Shown: positions 39,310-50,752 of the stretch, piece after piece
Numbering within the stretch: position 1 is the stretch's first letter
How the letters are laid out: the number at the start of each line of letters is the position of its first letter
Source of the DNA: Ignavibacteriota bacterium
Lineage (GTDB): Bacteria; Bacteroidota; Ignavibacteria; UBA10030; UBA6906
Assembly (NCBI GenBank): GCA_963801355.1
Contig: CAWDEM010000008.1
Span: forward strand, 2,752,001-2,816,000
Direction of reading: 5' to 3'
Length of the DNA: 64,000 nucleotides
The notes under the pieces: model-generated
Database searches by the model: none
What the model was told of the DNA's origin: nothing
What the model saw: only the letters and a program-made list of their open reading frames with translations
Translations under genes and position numbers: made by a program

Positions 39310-40674
39310 TCAGTTTGCCATGATACCGATCAGTTGCGCAATGCTCTCATCAAATTCCGCTTTCTCGCCGGCCTTTTGACGGAGGAACGCCCGTATCTTT
39401 TCCCAATTCCGCAACGCCTCGTCGATACGGGGATTACTGCCTTTCACGTAGGCCCCGATGTTGATCAGGTCCTCCGCTTCCCTGTAGGTTGCCATCATGT
39501 CAAGCAGCCGGTGTGCCGACTGACGGTGCTCGTCCGTGGTGATCGCCGGCATCACGCGGCTCACGCTCTCCAGCACGTCGACCGCCGGATAATGCCCCGA
39601 AGAGGCGAGGCGGCGGGACAGCACAATATGCCCGTCCAGAATCGAACGCACGGCATCGGCCACCGGATCCGTCATATCATCGCCTTCCACCAGCACAGTG
39701 TACATACCGGTGATGCTCCCGCGCCTGGCATTGCCCGCGCGTTCGAGGAGCTTTGGCAGCATCGCAAACACCGACGGCGTATACCCCTTGGTGGTCGGCG
39801 GCTCACCGATTGCCAGTCCGATTTCCCGTTGTGCCATTGCCAGGCGGGTGACCGAATCCATCAGCAACATCACATGCATGCCCCGGTCGCGGAAGTGTTC
39901 CGCAATCGTGGTCGCAAGAAATGCCGCCTTGAGCCGGATGAGTGCCGCCTTATCACTGGTGGCGACCACGACGACCGACCGCTTGAGTCCTTCGGGTCCC
40001 AGTTCATGATCCATGAACTCGGCAACCTCGCGTCCCCGCTCTCCCACAAGTGCGATGACGTTGACCTCCGCGCTTGTGTTGCGCGCGATCATGCCGAGCA
40101 TCACGCTTTTCCCCACGCCGCTCCCGGCGAAGATACCCACGCGCTGCCCGTTCCCGCAGGTCAGCAGGGCATCGATGGACCGGATGCCCGTGCGCACAGG
40201 CCGGGTGATGCGCTGTCGTTCGAGCGGGTTCGGCGGTGCATTGTAAATTGACCGCATTTCCCTCGTGACAATCGGACCTTTCCCGTCAATGGGGTTGCCG
40301 AGCCCGTCGATCACACGCCCCAGCAACTCTTCTCCTACATTTGTGGACAGCGCGCGGTCCGTCGCGACAATCTCGCTGCCCGGCCCGACCCGCGCCGCAT
40401 CCCCCAGAATCATTGAGAGCACGCGATTGTCACGAAACCCCACAACTTCCGACTGACAGAGATCCTGCCCGTCCCGTGATTTGATCATGCAGAGGTCACC
40501 CAGGGAGCAATTCGGGCCCGCCGATTCAATCACGAGACCGATCACCTGCTTGACACTCCCGTTCACTTTCAGCAAGTCGGTGTGCCGCAGTCTGGTCACA
40601 TAGTCCGCAAGAGAGGAATGCGGCTGTTCCTCTGCGGTCCACAGTGCGGACTGGAGCGTTGCCGGCGCGTTCAT
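39310..40674 (-). CDS. fliI: Export ATPase
   Basis: AGSGVGKS, GERGREV, DSVTR and ILDGHIVLSR. Confidence 0.97.
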   Translation of the reverse strand: MNAPATLQSALWTAEEQPHSSLADYVTRLRHTDLLKVNGSVKQVIGLVIESAGPNCSLGDLCMIKSRDGQDLCQSEVVGFRDNRVLSMILGDAARVGPGSEIVATDRALSTNVGEELLGRVIDGLGNPIDGKGPIVTREMRSIYNAPPNPLERQRITRPVRTGIRSIDALLTCGNGQRVGIFAGSGVGKSVMLGMIARNTSAEVNVIALVGERGREVAEFMDHELGPEGLKRSVVVVATSDKAALIRLKAAFLATTIAEHFRDRGMHVMLLMDSVTRLAMAQREIGLAIGEPPTTKGYTPSVFAMLPKLLERAGNARRGSITGMYTVLVEGDDMTDPVADAVRSILDGHIVLSRRLASSGHYPAVDVLESVSRVMPAITTDEHRQSAHRLLDMMATYREAEDLINIGAYVKGSNPRIDEALRNWEKIRAFLRQKAGEKAEFDESIAQLIGIMAN

Positions 40675-41378
40675 GGAAGCATCTCCGCGCCGTTGCGCGG
40701 CAACCCGAAGAGCGACGATTCTATCTGCCGGAGTTGTGTGGAGATCCGGGCGTCGACATTTCCCGATGTGCTCTCGATAATGCAGCCGCCCCGTTCCACC
40801 CCCTCATCCGTTTCAATCACCAGATCCCGGAGATTGTCGAGCGACGCCAGGAACACCCCCCGGTGGGACCGCACAACAGCTTCGTCGGAGGGATGCACAC
40901 GGAGTTTGATCGATTCGACACCGACGATGCGCTGGATGGCTTCTTTGATCTGGGTGATGACGATGTCATCTGTCAGCGTCACCTCGCGCCGGATAATCCG
41001 TTCCGCAACGGCAAGGGCAAACCGGTAGGCATCCTGTTCAACGCTCTGCTGGAGCTCCTTCATCTGACGTGCGAGACCGGCGATCATCAGGGTGGTTCGC
41101 CGGGCCTCTTCCGCGTGCATATGCGCCAGCGCTTCGCGGAATTCTCCATCCGCGATCCGCTTCCCTTCTTCCACACCCCTGGTGTACGCTTCAGCGGGAT
41201 CGTCCGCCGGCAGTGGACACACGGGGCATGCACCGGACACAACCGATGCACCCGGACCGGCCCATGACGTTTCCTCCGCACCGCCGGCGGGCTCCACGGG
41301 GACCGGCTGCGGTGTGTGCATACGCAACAGTGTTATGCGCGCCCGGGAATCGCGGCGCATGTGAATGACCTCAGACAA
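40671..41378 (-). CDS. fliH: FliH
   Basis: AYTRGVEEG GxxxG repeat, VHPSD and RGGCIIES..G.VDA. Confidence 0.92.
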   Translation of the reverse strand: MSEVIHMRRDSRARITLLRMHTPQPVPVEPAGGAEETSWAGPGASVVSGACPVCPLPADDPAEAYTRGVEEGKRIADGEFREALAHMHAEEARRTTLMIAGLARQMKELQQSVEQDAYRFALAVAERIIRREVTLTDDIVITQIKEAIQRIVGVESIKLRVHPSDEAVVRSHRGVFLASLDNLRDLVIETDEGVERGGCIIESTSGNVDARISTQLRQIESSLFGLPRNGAEMLP

Positions 41379-42396
41379 AGACTTCCTCCGCGCCGCCGCG
41401 ACCGGCGATGATGACCTCGCCCTGGTCTTCCAGCTGCTTCACTATTTCCACGATGCGTGTCTGTGCCGCTTCCACCTCTTTGAGGCGCACCGGACCCATA
41501 TATTGCAGCTCTTCCTTGAGCAGCTCGCGTGCGCGCTCGGACATATTGCGCAGCACTTTGTCCTTGAGTTTGTCCTCCACCACCTTCAACGCCAGCGCCA
41601 GTTCGCGTTTGTCCACCTCCCGGAGGACACGCTGGATCCCCCGGTCGTCCACGTACAACAGATCCTCAAAGAGGAACATGAGTCGTTTTATCTCGCCCGA
41701 CAGCTGCGGGTCCTGCAGTTCAATGTGCTCCAGGATCATTTTCGCGGTGGCGTTGGTACACTTGTTCAGGATCGACGCCATGGATTTGGAGCCACCCAGG
41801 GAGCTCATGTTCTGACTGATTTCCGTGCGGGCGATTTCTTCCACAACGTCTTCCATTTCGGCGAGCAGCGCGGGCGAAACCTTCCCGAGTGTCGCCACCC
41901 GGAGACTGACGTCGTTCCGCAGATCGTCAGGCAATTCCGTCAACACCTGCGCGCACTGATCCGGGGAGAGATTGGAGACGATGAGCGCGATGGTCTGGGG
42001 GTGTTCCTTCGACAGGAAGCCCGCCAGCTGCGAGGCGTCAGCCTTTTTCAGCATGCCGAACCCTTTGACATGCGTCAGGGCTTTCACCTTTTCGAGCACG
42101 TCGGTCGCACGCGAGAAACCCAGGGTCTCCTCGAGCAGCTTCTGCGCGTAGTCAATCCCCCCCTGAATCACGTACTCCTGGGCGGTAATCATGCGGTGGA
42201 ATTCCTCCACAACGACATCCACCAGCGACGACGGAACGCCGCGCACATTGGAAATGTCGATTGTGAGGAGTTCAATTTCCTCCTGTGACAGCTGGCGCAT
42301 CAGCCGCGTTGCAGTCTCCGCATCCAGCGACAGCATGAGCAGCGCTGCTTTCTGTCTGGAGGTCAATCTGTCCGCACTGAGATTGGGGATCGGCAC
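41371..42396 (-). CDS. fliG: Rotor protein FliG
   Basis: QKAALLM, EHPQ, MFLFED and GPVRL.EVE. Confidence 0.97.
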   Translation of the reverse strand: MPIPNLSADRLTSRQKAALLMLSLDAETATRLMRQLSQEEIELLTIDISNVRGVPSSLVDVVVEEFHRMITAQEYVIQGGIDYAQKLLEETLGFSRATDVLEKVKALTHVKGFGMLKKADASQLAGFLSKEHPQTIALIVSNLSPDQCAQVLTELPDDLRNDVSLRVATLGKVSPALLAEMEDVVEEIARTEISQNMSSLGGSKSMASILNKCTNATAKMILEHIELQDPQLSGEIKRLMFLFEDLLYVDDRGIQRVLREVDKRELALALKVVEDKLKDKVLRNMSERARELLKEELQYMGPVRLKEVEAAQTRIVEIVKQLEDQGEVIIAGRGGAEEVFV

Positions 42397-42411
42397 CTGT
42401 TCTACTCCGGA

Positions 42412-43953
42412 TTATTCTTCTGTCAACCAGACTTTGAGCAGCCGTGCACTGTCGCCCGGCTTCTCGCGGATGTACTCCGAAATCTTCTTCCGCCGTTCAT
42501 TCCGCAGGAGTGCATCGGTACTGATTTCTTCTTCGGGATTCGGGAGCTCGATGACCGGCCGTCTTCCGTCAAGCTGCACCCCCAGCCCGGGAATGTCCGT
42601 TTCAAGCACCGGCAATTCGATCCGTGACCGGAACCGGCGCAGCAGTGACCAGAGGACCGTGAGGGCGCCCAGCATGGCGATGCCCAGGAAGATCTGCTCT
42701 TTGTAGCCGGTCCACTCTGCAAACGGTGAGGAGCGATAGACGAACTCCTGTTCGGGGGCGTGTGTGCCGAAGGTCAGGTTTGTCACCGAGACCTCATCAT
42801 TGCGGAGCGCGTTGAATCCTACCGCCCTGCGCACCAGATCAGTGAGCTGAAGCATCTCTTGGTCCGGACGCGGCTGTATCTCCGTCACGGTCTGACCGTC
42901 GCGCAGGACCGTTGCCGGCACACCATTCACCAGAGCCGCCACTGTCAGCCGTTTGATGTTGCCGAGATTTTCAACAATGTGCTCTACGGTCTTATTGACT
43001 TCATAGTTCGTGACCGTGTTCGACCGCGTCGACGGGGGAAGAGAATCGCCCGTGATTGATTTTTCTTCGCTGATCTGTTCGCTGCGCACGGCCGTCCTGT
43101 CGGGGTCGTACTGCTCCAGCGTCCGTTCCACCTGGCGGAAATCGAGCTCGGCATTGACCTGCACCAGGGCATTCCCTTCGCCCACAACGCTTTCGAGCAG
43201 CGACTGCGCCTTCTGCCCCAGGTAGCCTTCCACATGCTGCTGCATCTCGTACTGCGTCGCCGTGAGTGCGGCTACGGAGTTTGGCTTGTGCACATCCGAG
43301 AGGAGCTGGCCTCTGGAGTCGACGATCGTGACATTTCCCGCTTCAAGCCCTTCCACGCTGCTGGACACCAGATGGGCGATTCCCTGAATGATCTCCGCCT
43401 TCGGCGCTCTGGTGCTTTTCAGCTTCAGGACGACTGACGCCGTGGATGGCTTCTCGTCTTCCTTGAAGAGCACCTTTTCGGGAACCACGAGGTGCACCCG
43501 TGCTGCTTCCACTTCCTCGATGGTGAGAATGGTACGGGCAAGTTCGCCTTCAAGGGCCCGCCGGTAGTTCACCTTCTGCACGAAGTCCGATATGCCGAGG
43601 TTTGTGCGGTCAAAGATCTCGTATCCGATCACGCTTGATTGCGGGAGGCCTTCGCCGGCCAGAGCCAGGCGCATTTCATACACCTTCTGCTTCGGCACAA
43701 GGATGGATTTCCCGGCGTCGTCCAGTTGATAGGAGACGTCCTTCTCCTGCAGTTTTCCGATGATTTTCGAAGCATCTTCCGGGCTGAGATTGCTGAAGAG
43801 CGTGCTGTAGGTCGGGGCGTTCACCAGGGTGACCAGGGCGATGATTCCCGCGATGGTCCCCAGCGTGACGAGGCCAATCGTGACCTTCTGGCCTGTTGTG
43901 AGCCTGCGTACCAGGCCCGTCAATTGCTGCTGCAGTACTGTGCGATCAGCCAT
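42412..43953 (-). CDS. fliF: MS-ring protein
   Basis: GYEIFD, RRALEGELARTI, ARVHLV and two TM segments. Confidence 0.97.
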   Translation of the reverse strand: MADRTVLQQQLTGLVRRLTTGQKVTIGLVTLGTIAGIIALVTLVNAPTYSTLFSNLSPEDASKIIGKLQEKDVSYQLDDAGKSILVPKQKVYEMRLALAGEGLPQSSVIGYEIFDRTNLGISDFVQKVNYRRALEGELARTILTIEEVEAARVHLVVPEKVLFKEDEKPSTASVVLKLKSTRAPKAEIIQGIAHLVSSSVEGLEAGNVTIVDSRGQLLSDVHKPNSVAALTATQYEMQQHVEGYLGQKAQSLLESVVGEGNALVQVNAELDFRQVERTLEQYDPDRTAVRSEQISEEKSITGDSLPPSTRSNTVTNYEVNKTVEHIVENLGNIKRLTVAALVNGVPATVLRDGQTVTEIQPRPDQEMLQLTDLVRRAVGFNALRNDEVSVTNLTFGTHAPEQEFVYRSSPFAEWTGYKEQIFLGIAMLGALTVLWSLLRRFRSRIELPVLETDIPGLGVQLDGRRPVIELPNPEEEISTDALLRNERRKKISEYIREKPGDSARLLKVWLTEE

Positions 43954-43956
43954 GGA

Positions 43957-44265
43957 TTACACCTGCATCCTCATGATTTCACGGTAGGCGTCGAGAGCCT
44001 TGTTACGGATTTCCATCAACAGATCGAAGCTGGTTTTGGCCTTTTCCACGGCAACCATCACTTCATGAAGGTCAACGGTTTCCCCGACGACCATTTTCTC
44101 CACCGCTTTGCCGGCTTCATTCTGTAGTGAGTTGACGTCCGCCATCACTCGTTCCAGGGTTTCGCCGAAGGAAGCATTGGTCTCCTTGAGCGTCCGGTTT
44201 ATCTGACTGCGTTGGTTCGTTTGTGCGACATTTGGGACCAGGGTCAGAGCTTGGCTGATTTTCAT
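43957..44265 (-). CDS. fliE: FliE
   Basis: DLHEVMVA..KA..EIRNK..AYREIMRMQV. Confidence 0.96.
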   Translation of the reverse strand: MKISQALTLVPNVAQTNQRSQINRTLKETNASFGETLERVMADVNSLQNEAGKAVEKMVVGETVDLHEVMVAVEKAKTSFDLLMEIRNKALDAYREIMRMQV

Positions 44266-44268
44266 GAG

Positions 44269-44544
44269 TTATCCTTTGCGGTCCACCAGCGTCCCGGTGG
44301 GTGCATTCTGCTGTTGAATTCCCCGGTCCGAGTAGACCTGATAGGCACGGACGTCGGTGCCGGATTCGGGAAAAAGCCCTTCGAAGAACTTCTGTTCGTC
44401 TGTGGAGAGCAGCGGGGTGTTCTCGACGCGAACCGCTGCATGCTGTGATGGCACCCCGGCCGGCAGCGCCGTTGCACCGGTTCCGCGACGATTTCCTGCC
44501 GTGCCGGTGAACACCGGGGACGAATGTATTGCGCGCACATCCAT
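44269..44544 (-). CDS. Hypothetical 91-aa protein
   Basis: Fills the flgC-fliE gap with 2-3 bp spacing on each side. Confidence 0.75.
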   Translation of the reverse strand: MDVRAIHSSPVFTGTAGNRRGTGATALPAGVPSQHAAVRVENTPLLSTDEQKFFEGLFPESGTDVRAYQVYSDRGIQQQNAPTGTLVDRKG

Positions 44545-44546
44545 AC

Positions 44547-45044
44547 TCAGATCTCCAGAGAGTCTTTTGCCATATTTTTCGCAGCAGTGATTGCCACGAC
44601 GTTCGCCTCAAACGATCGCGAGGCGGAAATCATGTTGACCATCTCGGTAACGACATTGACATTGGGCATTGCGACGTAGCCGTTGGGATCCGCATCGGGA
44701 TTGCCCGGGTCATACACCAGGCGCGGGGGAGCGGGATCCACCGCTTCCTGTGCCTCAATGCTCGACATCGCCGGCGATGCTTCCCCGGTGACAAACCCGC
44801 CACCCGTGACATGGCCTGGCTGGGTCGTGGCAAGGGGAACGCTGGCCTGGCGGAATGCAGAAGCGAACACCTGTGCACTGCGCGCCTTCAGCTCCACGAT
44901 CTTGCGCCGGTAGGGTCCGCCACCTTCGGTTTTCGTCGTCTCTGCGTTTGCGAGATTTTCAGCGATGCTGTCCATCCGGCGGCGTTGTACGCTGAGCCCC
45001 CGGGAACTGATGTTCAGCCCTGCAAAAATCCGATCAAGTTTCAT
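44547..45044 (-). CDS. flgC: Proximal rod protein
   Basis: ENLANAETT, PYRRK and PNVNVVTEMVNMISASRSFEAN. Confidence 0.97.
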   Translation of the reverse strand: MKLDRIFAGLNISSRGLSVQRRRMDSIAENLANAETTKTEGGGPYRRKIVELKARSAQVFASAFRQASVPLATTQPGHVTGGGFVTGEASPAMSSIEAQEAVDPAPPRLVYDPGNPDADPNGYVAMPNVNVVTEMVNMISASRSFEANVVAITAAKNMAKDSLEI

Positions 45045-45460
45045 AGCGTCCCCTTGATGCTCTTCTGAATACCCCGGAACGTGTCGCCGATCAGGCGGGC
45101 TGCAAACTTGAACCGCAACTGCGTCTTCGCAAGTTCCGCCATTTCCTGATCGAGGTCGACATTGTTCACCCCGCTTGCGAGAGGATCGGTCAGCTCTCCG
45201 GAGGGCTCAGTCTGCACTACCGGCGTCGCCGCCGGTGCTGCCTGTCCACCGATGGGCATGTGCCGTGGATCGGTGCACATGCCGGGAATACCACCGGCCT
45301 GCAACGCGCCGGAGAGCTCGTCTTCGAACTTCACCGACTGGGCTTTATAACCCGGCGTTGTAATGTTGGCGATGTTTCCGGCGATGACCTTCTGACGGAG
45401 AGTATACGCATCCAGAGCCCTGTGCAGTACAGGGATTTTTGTGCCATCAAATAGTCGCAT
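45041..45460 (-). CDS. flgB: Proximal rod protein
   Basis: NIANITTPGYK and NNVDLDQEM; start ATG 45460. Confidence 0.95.
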   Translation of the reverse strand: MRLFDGTKIPVLHRALDAYTLRQKVIAGNIANITTPGYKAQSVKFEDELSGALQAGGIPGMCTDPRHMPIGGQAAPAATPVVQTEPSGELTDPLASGVNNVDLDQEMAELAKTQLRFKFAARLIGDTFRGIQKSIKGTL

Positions 45461-45492
45461 GCTTTTGCTTGAGATTGTTTCTTCCTCGCTCA

Positions 45493-45647
45493 CTGACCGT
45501 CCGGAACACGCCTCCTGCGTCTGTATCACGCTCGGCCCTCACTTCCATGTTCCGGCCGCCCAGATCTTCCCGCACACCGCTGTTGTGGTGAGCCACTCCG
45601 CCGACACTGCCGGGCGAGAGGATCCCACCTTTCCCCCCGCCCAACAG
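45493..45647 (-). ncRNA. Candidate structured, GGA-rich RNA upstream of flgB
   Basis: 16-bp stem (45607-45647) and 16/18-bp stem (45493-45563), both with G-U pairs on the minus strand. Confidence 0.5.
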
Positions 45648-45648
45648 G

Positions 45649-45816
45649 TCACAAGCCCAGATCGTCATCCCAGCCGTCGTAGTGGTACTGAAGTTTCTGA
45701 GTGGATGTGTTTCTATGTGAGACAACGGCATACGCCGTCACCAGTGTTGCGACGAGACCGGCGAAAAGTGCCAGGCCGCCTATGCTGATCTTCAGGTTCT
45801 TGGGGCCATGTATCAT
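45649..45816 (-). CDS. 55-aa single-TM protein with acidic tail
   Basis: GAGGA RBS 9 nt before ATG 45816; TM IGGLALFAGLVATLVTAYAVV. Confidence 0.65.
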   Translation of the reverse strand: MIHGPKNLKISIGGLALFAGLVATLVTAYAVVSHRNTSTQKLQYHYDGWDDDLGL

Positions 45817-45870
45817 GTTGCATCGTCCTCTGATTCGGGAAGCATTTGGTGAATTCTTCCCACTTCGTGT

Positions 45871-45886
45871 ATCAACTGGGGTGCCA
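45871..45886 (-). promoter_or_regulatory. Sigma-54-type promoter of the flgB operon (non-canonical -12)
   Basis: TGGCACCCCAGTTGAT (GG-N10-GA). Confidence 0.65.
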
Positions 45887-45958
45887 ACCTTCGTCCGTGG
45901 GCCGTCAAGCCCAAAGCACGTGACTTCTTTCGGTGCTGACGTGACGACCCAGGCGCGG

Positions 45959-45997
45959 CTGGCTGTTATTAGCCACATGATGGCTACTCTTCGTCAT
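45959..45997. promoter_or_regulatory. Putative enhancer (UAS) pair
   Basis: CTGGCTGTTATTAGCCAC at 45959-45976 and a half-matching site 21 bp further on; same 73-bp offset from the promoter as at fliL. Confidence 0.65.
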
Positions 45998-46253
45998 ACT
46001 CCAGCCTCAGACTCGCAGAACGGCCGCATTTGCACTGAAAATCGACGCCTGTCACCCGGTCCCCATCTCGCTGCACATAGATCATTGGATCTTCCGCGCT
46101 TCTCTCTTCCAGGCCCACCTCCTCAATGCCTTTTCGCACCACCTGTGCGCGTTTGACGACGTTTCGCCTGGCGTCAACGCCGCGGTGTTTTTCATGTTCC
46201 TGTGTACAGTCCGCCAATTCCTTGAATTCCTCTGTCTGTCCCTGCCGGATCAT
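45984..46253 (-). CDS. Hypothetical 89-aa protein with CxCG motif
   Basis: 4 bp after the upstream regulator; beta-rich C-terminus VDFQCKCGRS. Confidence 0.7.
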   Translation of the reverse strand: MIRQGQTEEFKELADCTQEHEKHRGVDARRNVVKRAQVVRKGIEEVGLEERSAEDPMIYVQRDGDRVTGVDFQCKCGRSASLRLEYDEE

Positions 46254-46257
46254 TGTG

Positions 46258-46826
46258 CTACCCCTTGCGCCGTTTTATCTCTGCGAGCTGCGGTTCGACA
46301 ATACTCGCGTAACATTCAGGGCAAATGCCGTGTGAGAACTTTGCCTCCGACCGTTGTGTGATGTAGAGCTCGACGGGTTCCCACTTCTCCCCTCCTGCGT
46401 GAATCCGCTTGCACCGCGGACAGATCGGCAGCAACTCTTCCAGGTGCCGCATCTGACGCTGCAGCGACAGTATGCGTGTCGCCACACCGAGCCGCACTGC
46501 GAGTTCGGCGGTGTCCGCGGGTTTCACGATGAAGTCATCTGCCCCCGAGCTCATGCCTTCGACATACGCGCGCGTCTTTTCGAGAGCCGTCAGAATGATG
46601 ATGTATGTGTAGTCGGAACGCTTCACCGAGCGTATGCGCCGGCAGAGCTCGGGTCCGCTCATCTCCGGCATGATCCAATCAGTGATCACCAGGGCAGGTT
46701 GCTCCCGCTGGTATGCCTCCCATGCGCGCGCACCGTCTTCCGCCTCCACTACCGAATATCCCATTTGCAGCAACTGCCGGGAAAGTATGGTACGCGATGC
46801 CTCGTCGTCCTCGGCGATGAGCACTT

Positions 46827-46830
<4 letters not shown>
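46258..46830 (-). CDS. Response regulator with Cys/His-rich C-terminal domain
   Basis: REC domain (AEDD, TDWIMP, KP) plus [17 protein letters not shown]. Confidence 0.92.
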
Positions 46831-49011
<2,181 letters not shown>

Positions 49012-49019
<8 letters not shown>

Positions 49020-49863
49020 CCGCCATCATTGTTTGCAGGGCATCATGATATTGACGATCCACCTGTTCCTCCACGCTGGCGAGGGCACTCGGATGGAGAC
49101 CCAATTTCTCCCAGGCGCCGGGATCCAGCGGGGGCACATACATCTCCCCGCTGCTGCCGAGGTTCATGGCGTGAACAATGATATCGGAGAGGTGGACGAT
49201 CGCTGTTTCCATGGGAAAGCGATTCGCGGAGGCCGGCTCGTGATGGAACATCGCAATCTCTTCCAGGCTCGCCGGCAACTTCCAGATCTGGAGCAGCATG
49301 CCACCGACAAGGGCATGGGTAAACCCCAGCGCCTCACGCTCCGCTTCGTAGAGCAACATGGGCCCGTCGTGTGCGCGCTGGAGAATTTCCTGGCTCTTGT
49401 CGGCCAGCTTGGTGAACAGCACGAGTCTGCCGATGTCGTGCAGCATCCCCGCAACAAAGAAACGTTCCGGGGTGGTGTCCCGGCGCATTGTGGCAAGGAC
49501 CCGCGCCGCGAGACCGCAGGCAATGCTGTGCCGCCAGAACGAATCCATGCTCACGACGTGCGACTCGATGCCCTTAAACATCTTCATGACCGACGTGGCC
49601 AGGGCGAGGGCGCTCAGCTGCTGGGTACCCACGATTGTCACAGCCTGCGATATCGTCTCGACCCTTGAGGGGAAATTGTAGAACGCACTGTTGACGATGC
49701 GCAGCAGGCGCGCCGTCAGGCCGGGATCGTCACGGATGACTTTCGCGATGTCCGACATCGACTTTTTGGGATTGTTGATCGCCTCCTCCAGCCGGAAATG
49801 GATGGTGGGAAGGGTCGATACCTCGACGTATCCTTTCAGCAGGTCACGCGGACTGATGTCCAT
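49012..49863 (-). CDS. HDOD domain protein
   Basis: [26 protein letters not shown] and HALVG..W.LP. Confidence 0.93.
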
Positions 49864-50203
49864 CCTGGGCCTCCGTCATCGTACGTACATAACGTAGAAT
49901 GGCAAGACGGGCAAGTTCCTTTGTGCCCGCGTGCTCCATATCGGTAAAGTGGAACGCGGCTCGAATCGCCTCCTCGGCTTTCTCGCGCGCCGCCGGATCG
50001 ATTGCCGCTGCATCCTGCGCGGCGACATCCTCCATCGCCACTCCCTGGATATCTGCCTCGGTAACCCCCCACATTCTAAACACCCGGATATGCTTCTCGG
50101 AGATCTCGATCCCCTTGCCGAGCAGGGTCCTGCCGTTCCGGTCCTGCACATCGGCGGCAAGCACCATCCCGGCACGAACATCATTGATGCTGATTTTACC
50201 CAT
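49844..50203 (-). CDS. Stand-alone domain resembling the N-terminus of HD-GYP proteins
   Basis: GMVLAADV..NGRTLL.KG..ISEKHI..WGV pattern. Confidence 0.75.
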   Translation of the reverse strand: MGKISINDVRAGMVLAADVQDRNGRTLLGKGIEISEKHIRVFRMWGVTEADIQGVAMEDVAAQDAAAIDPAAREKAEEAIRAAFHFTDMEHAGTKELARLAILRYVRTMTEAQDGHQSA

Positions 50204-50221
50204 AGGTCGTATCCTCGTGTG

Positions 50222-50752
50222 TCAGAGCTTGCTGCAATCTGGACATAGTGTGTGCTCAAAGGCTGTTTCGGTTTTGTCCCCGACATAGGATTCCAGGGGA
50301 TGCCAGTGGTTCTGCTCATCCCGGATCTTCTTGCAGTAGGAACAGATCGGCAGCAATCCCTCGAGCTGGTCCACATCATTCTGGAGGCTGACCACGCGCT
50401 CTGCCACCCGCAGCCGCGCGTTGAGACCATCCGGATCCAGCGGTTTGGTGACAAAATCATCGGCTCCCGCTTCCATTCCCTGGAGGTACTTCTCCCTGCC
50501 GCTCAACGCGGTCAGGAGAATCACATAGGTGTACGCCGTTCGTTCCATTCCCCGGATCCGCCGGCAGAGCTCCAGACCGTCCATCTCCGGCATCATCCAG
50601 TCCGTGATCACCATGCACGGATGTTCCTTCTGAAAGAGAGTCCACGCGGTGTTTCCGTCGTCGGCCGTGATCACCTCGTGCCCCATCCGGCGCACCCGTG
50701 CGGCAAGAATGTTGCTGGATACTTCGTCGTCTTCCGCAATCAGCACTTTCAT
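50222..50752 (-). CDS. Response regulator with Cys/His-rich C-terminal domain (paralog of 46258-46830)
   Basis: REC domain plus LPICSYCKKIRD..FEHTLCPDC. Confidence 0.92.
   Translation of the reverse strand: MKVLIAEDDEVSSNILAARVRRMGHEVITADDGNTAWTLFQKEHPCMVITDWMMPEMDGLELCRRIRGMERTAYTYVILLTALSGREKYLQGMEAGADDFVTKPLDPDGLNARLRVAERVVSLQNDVDQLEGLLPICSYCKKIRDEQNHWHPLESYVGDKTETAFEHTLCPDCSKL

Noticed and set aside
26840-43953. Non-flagellar injectisome
   Set aside because: Stator, rod, hook, P/L rings and FlhF/G are present; no secretin or needle genes are seen.
45447-45731. 94-aa ORF spanning the flgB leader
   Set aside because: It overlaps the better-supported 55-aa ORF out of frame, has no clear RBS, and the region is explained by RNA stems.
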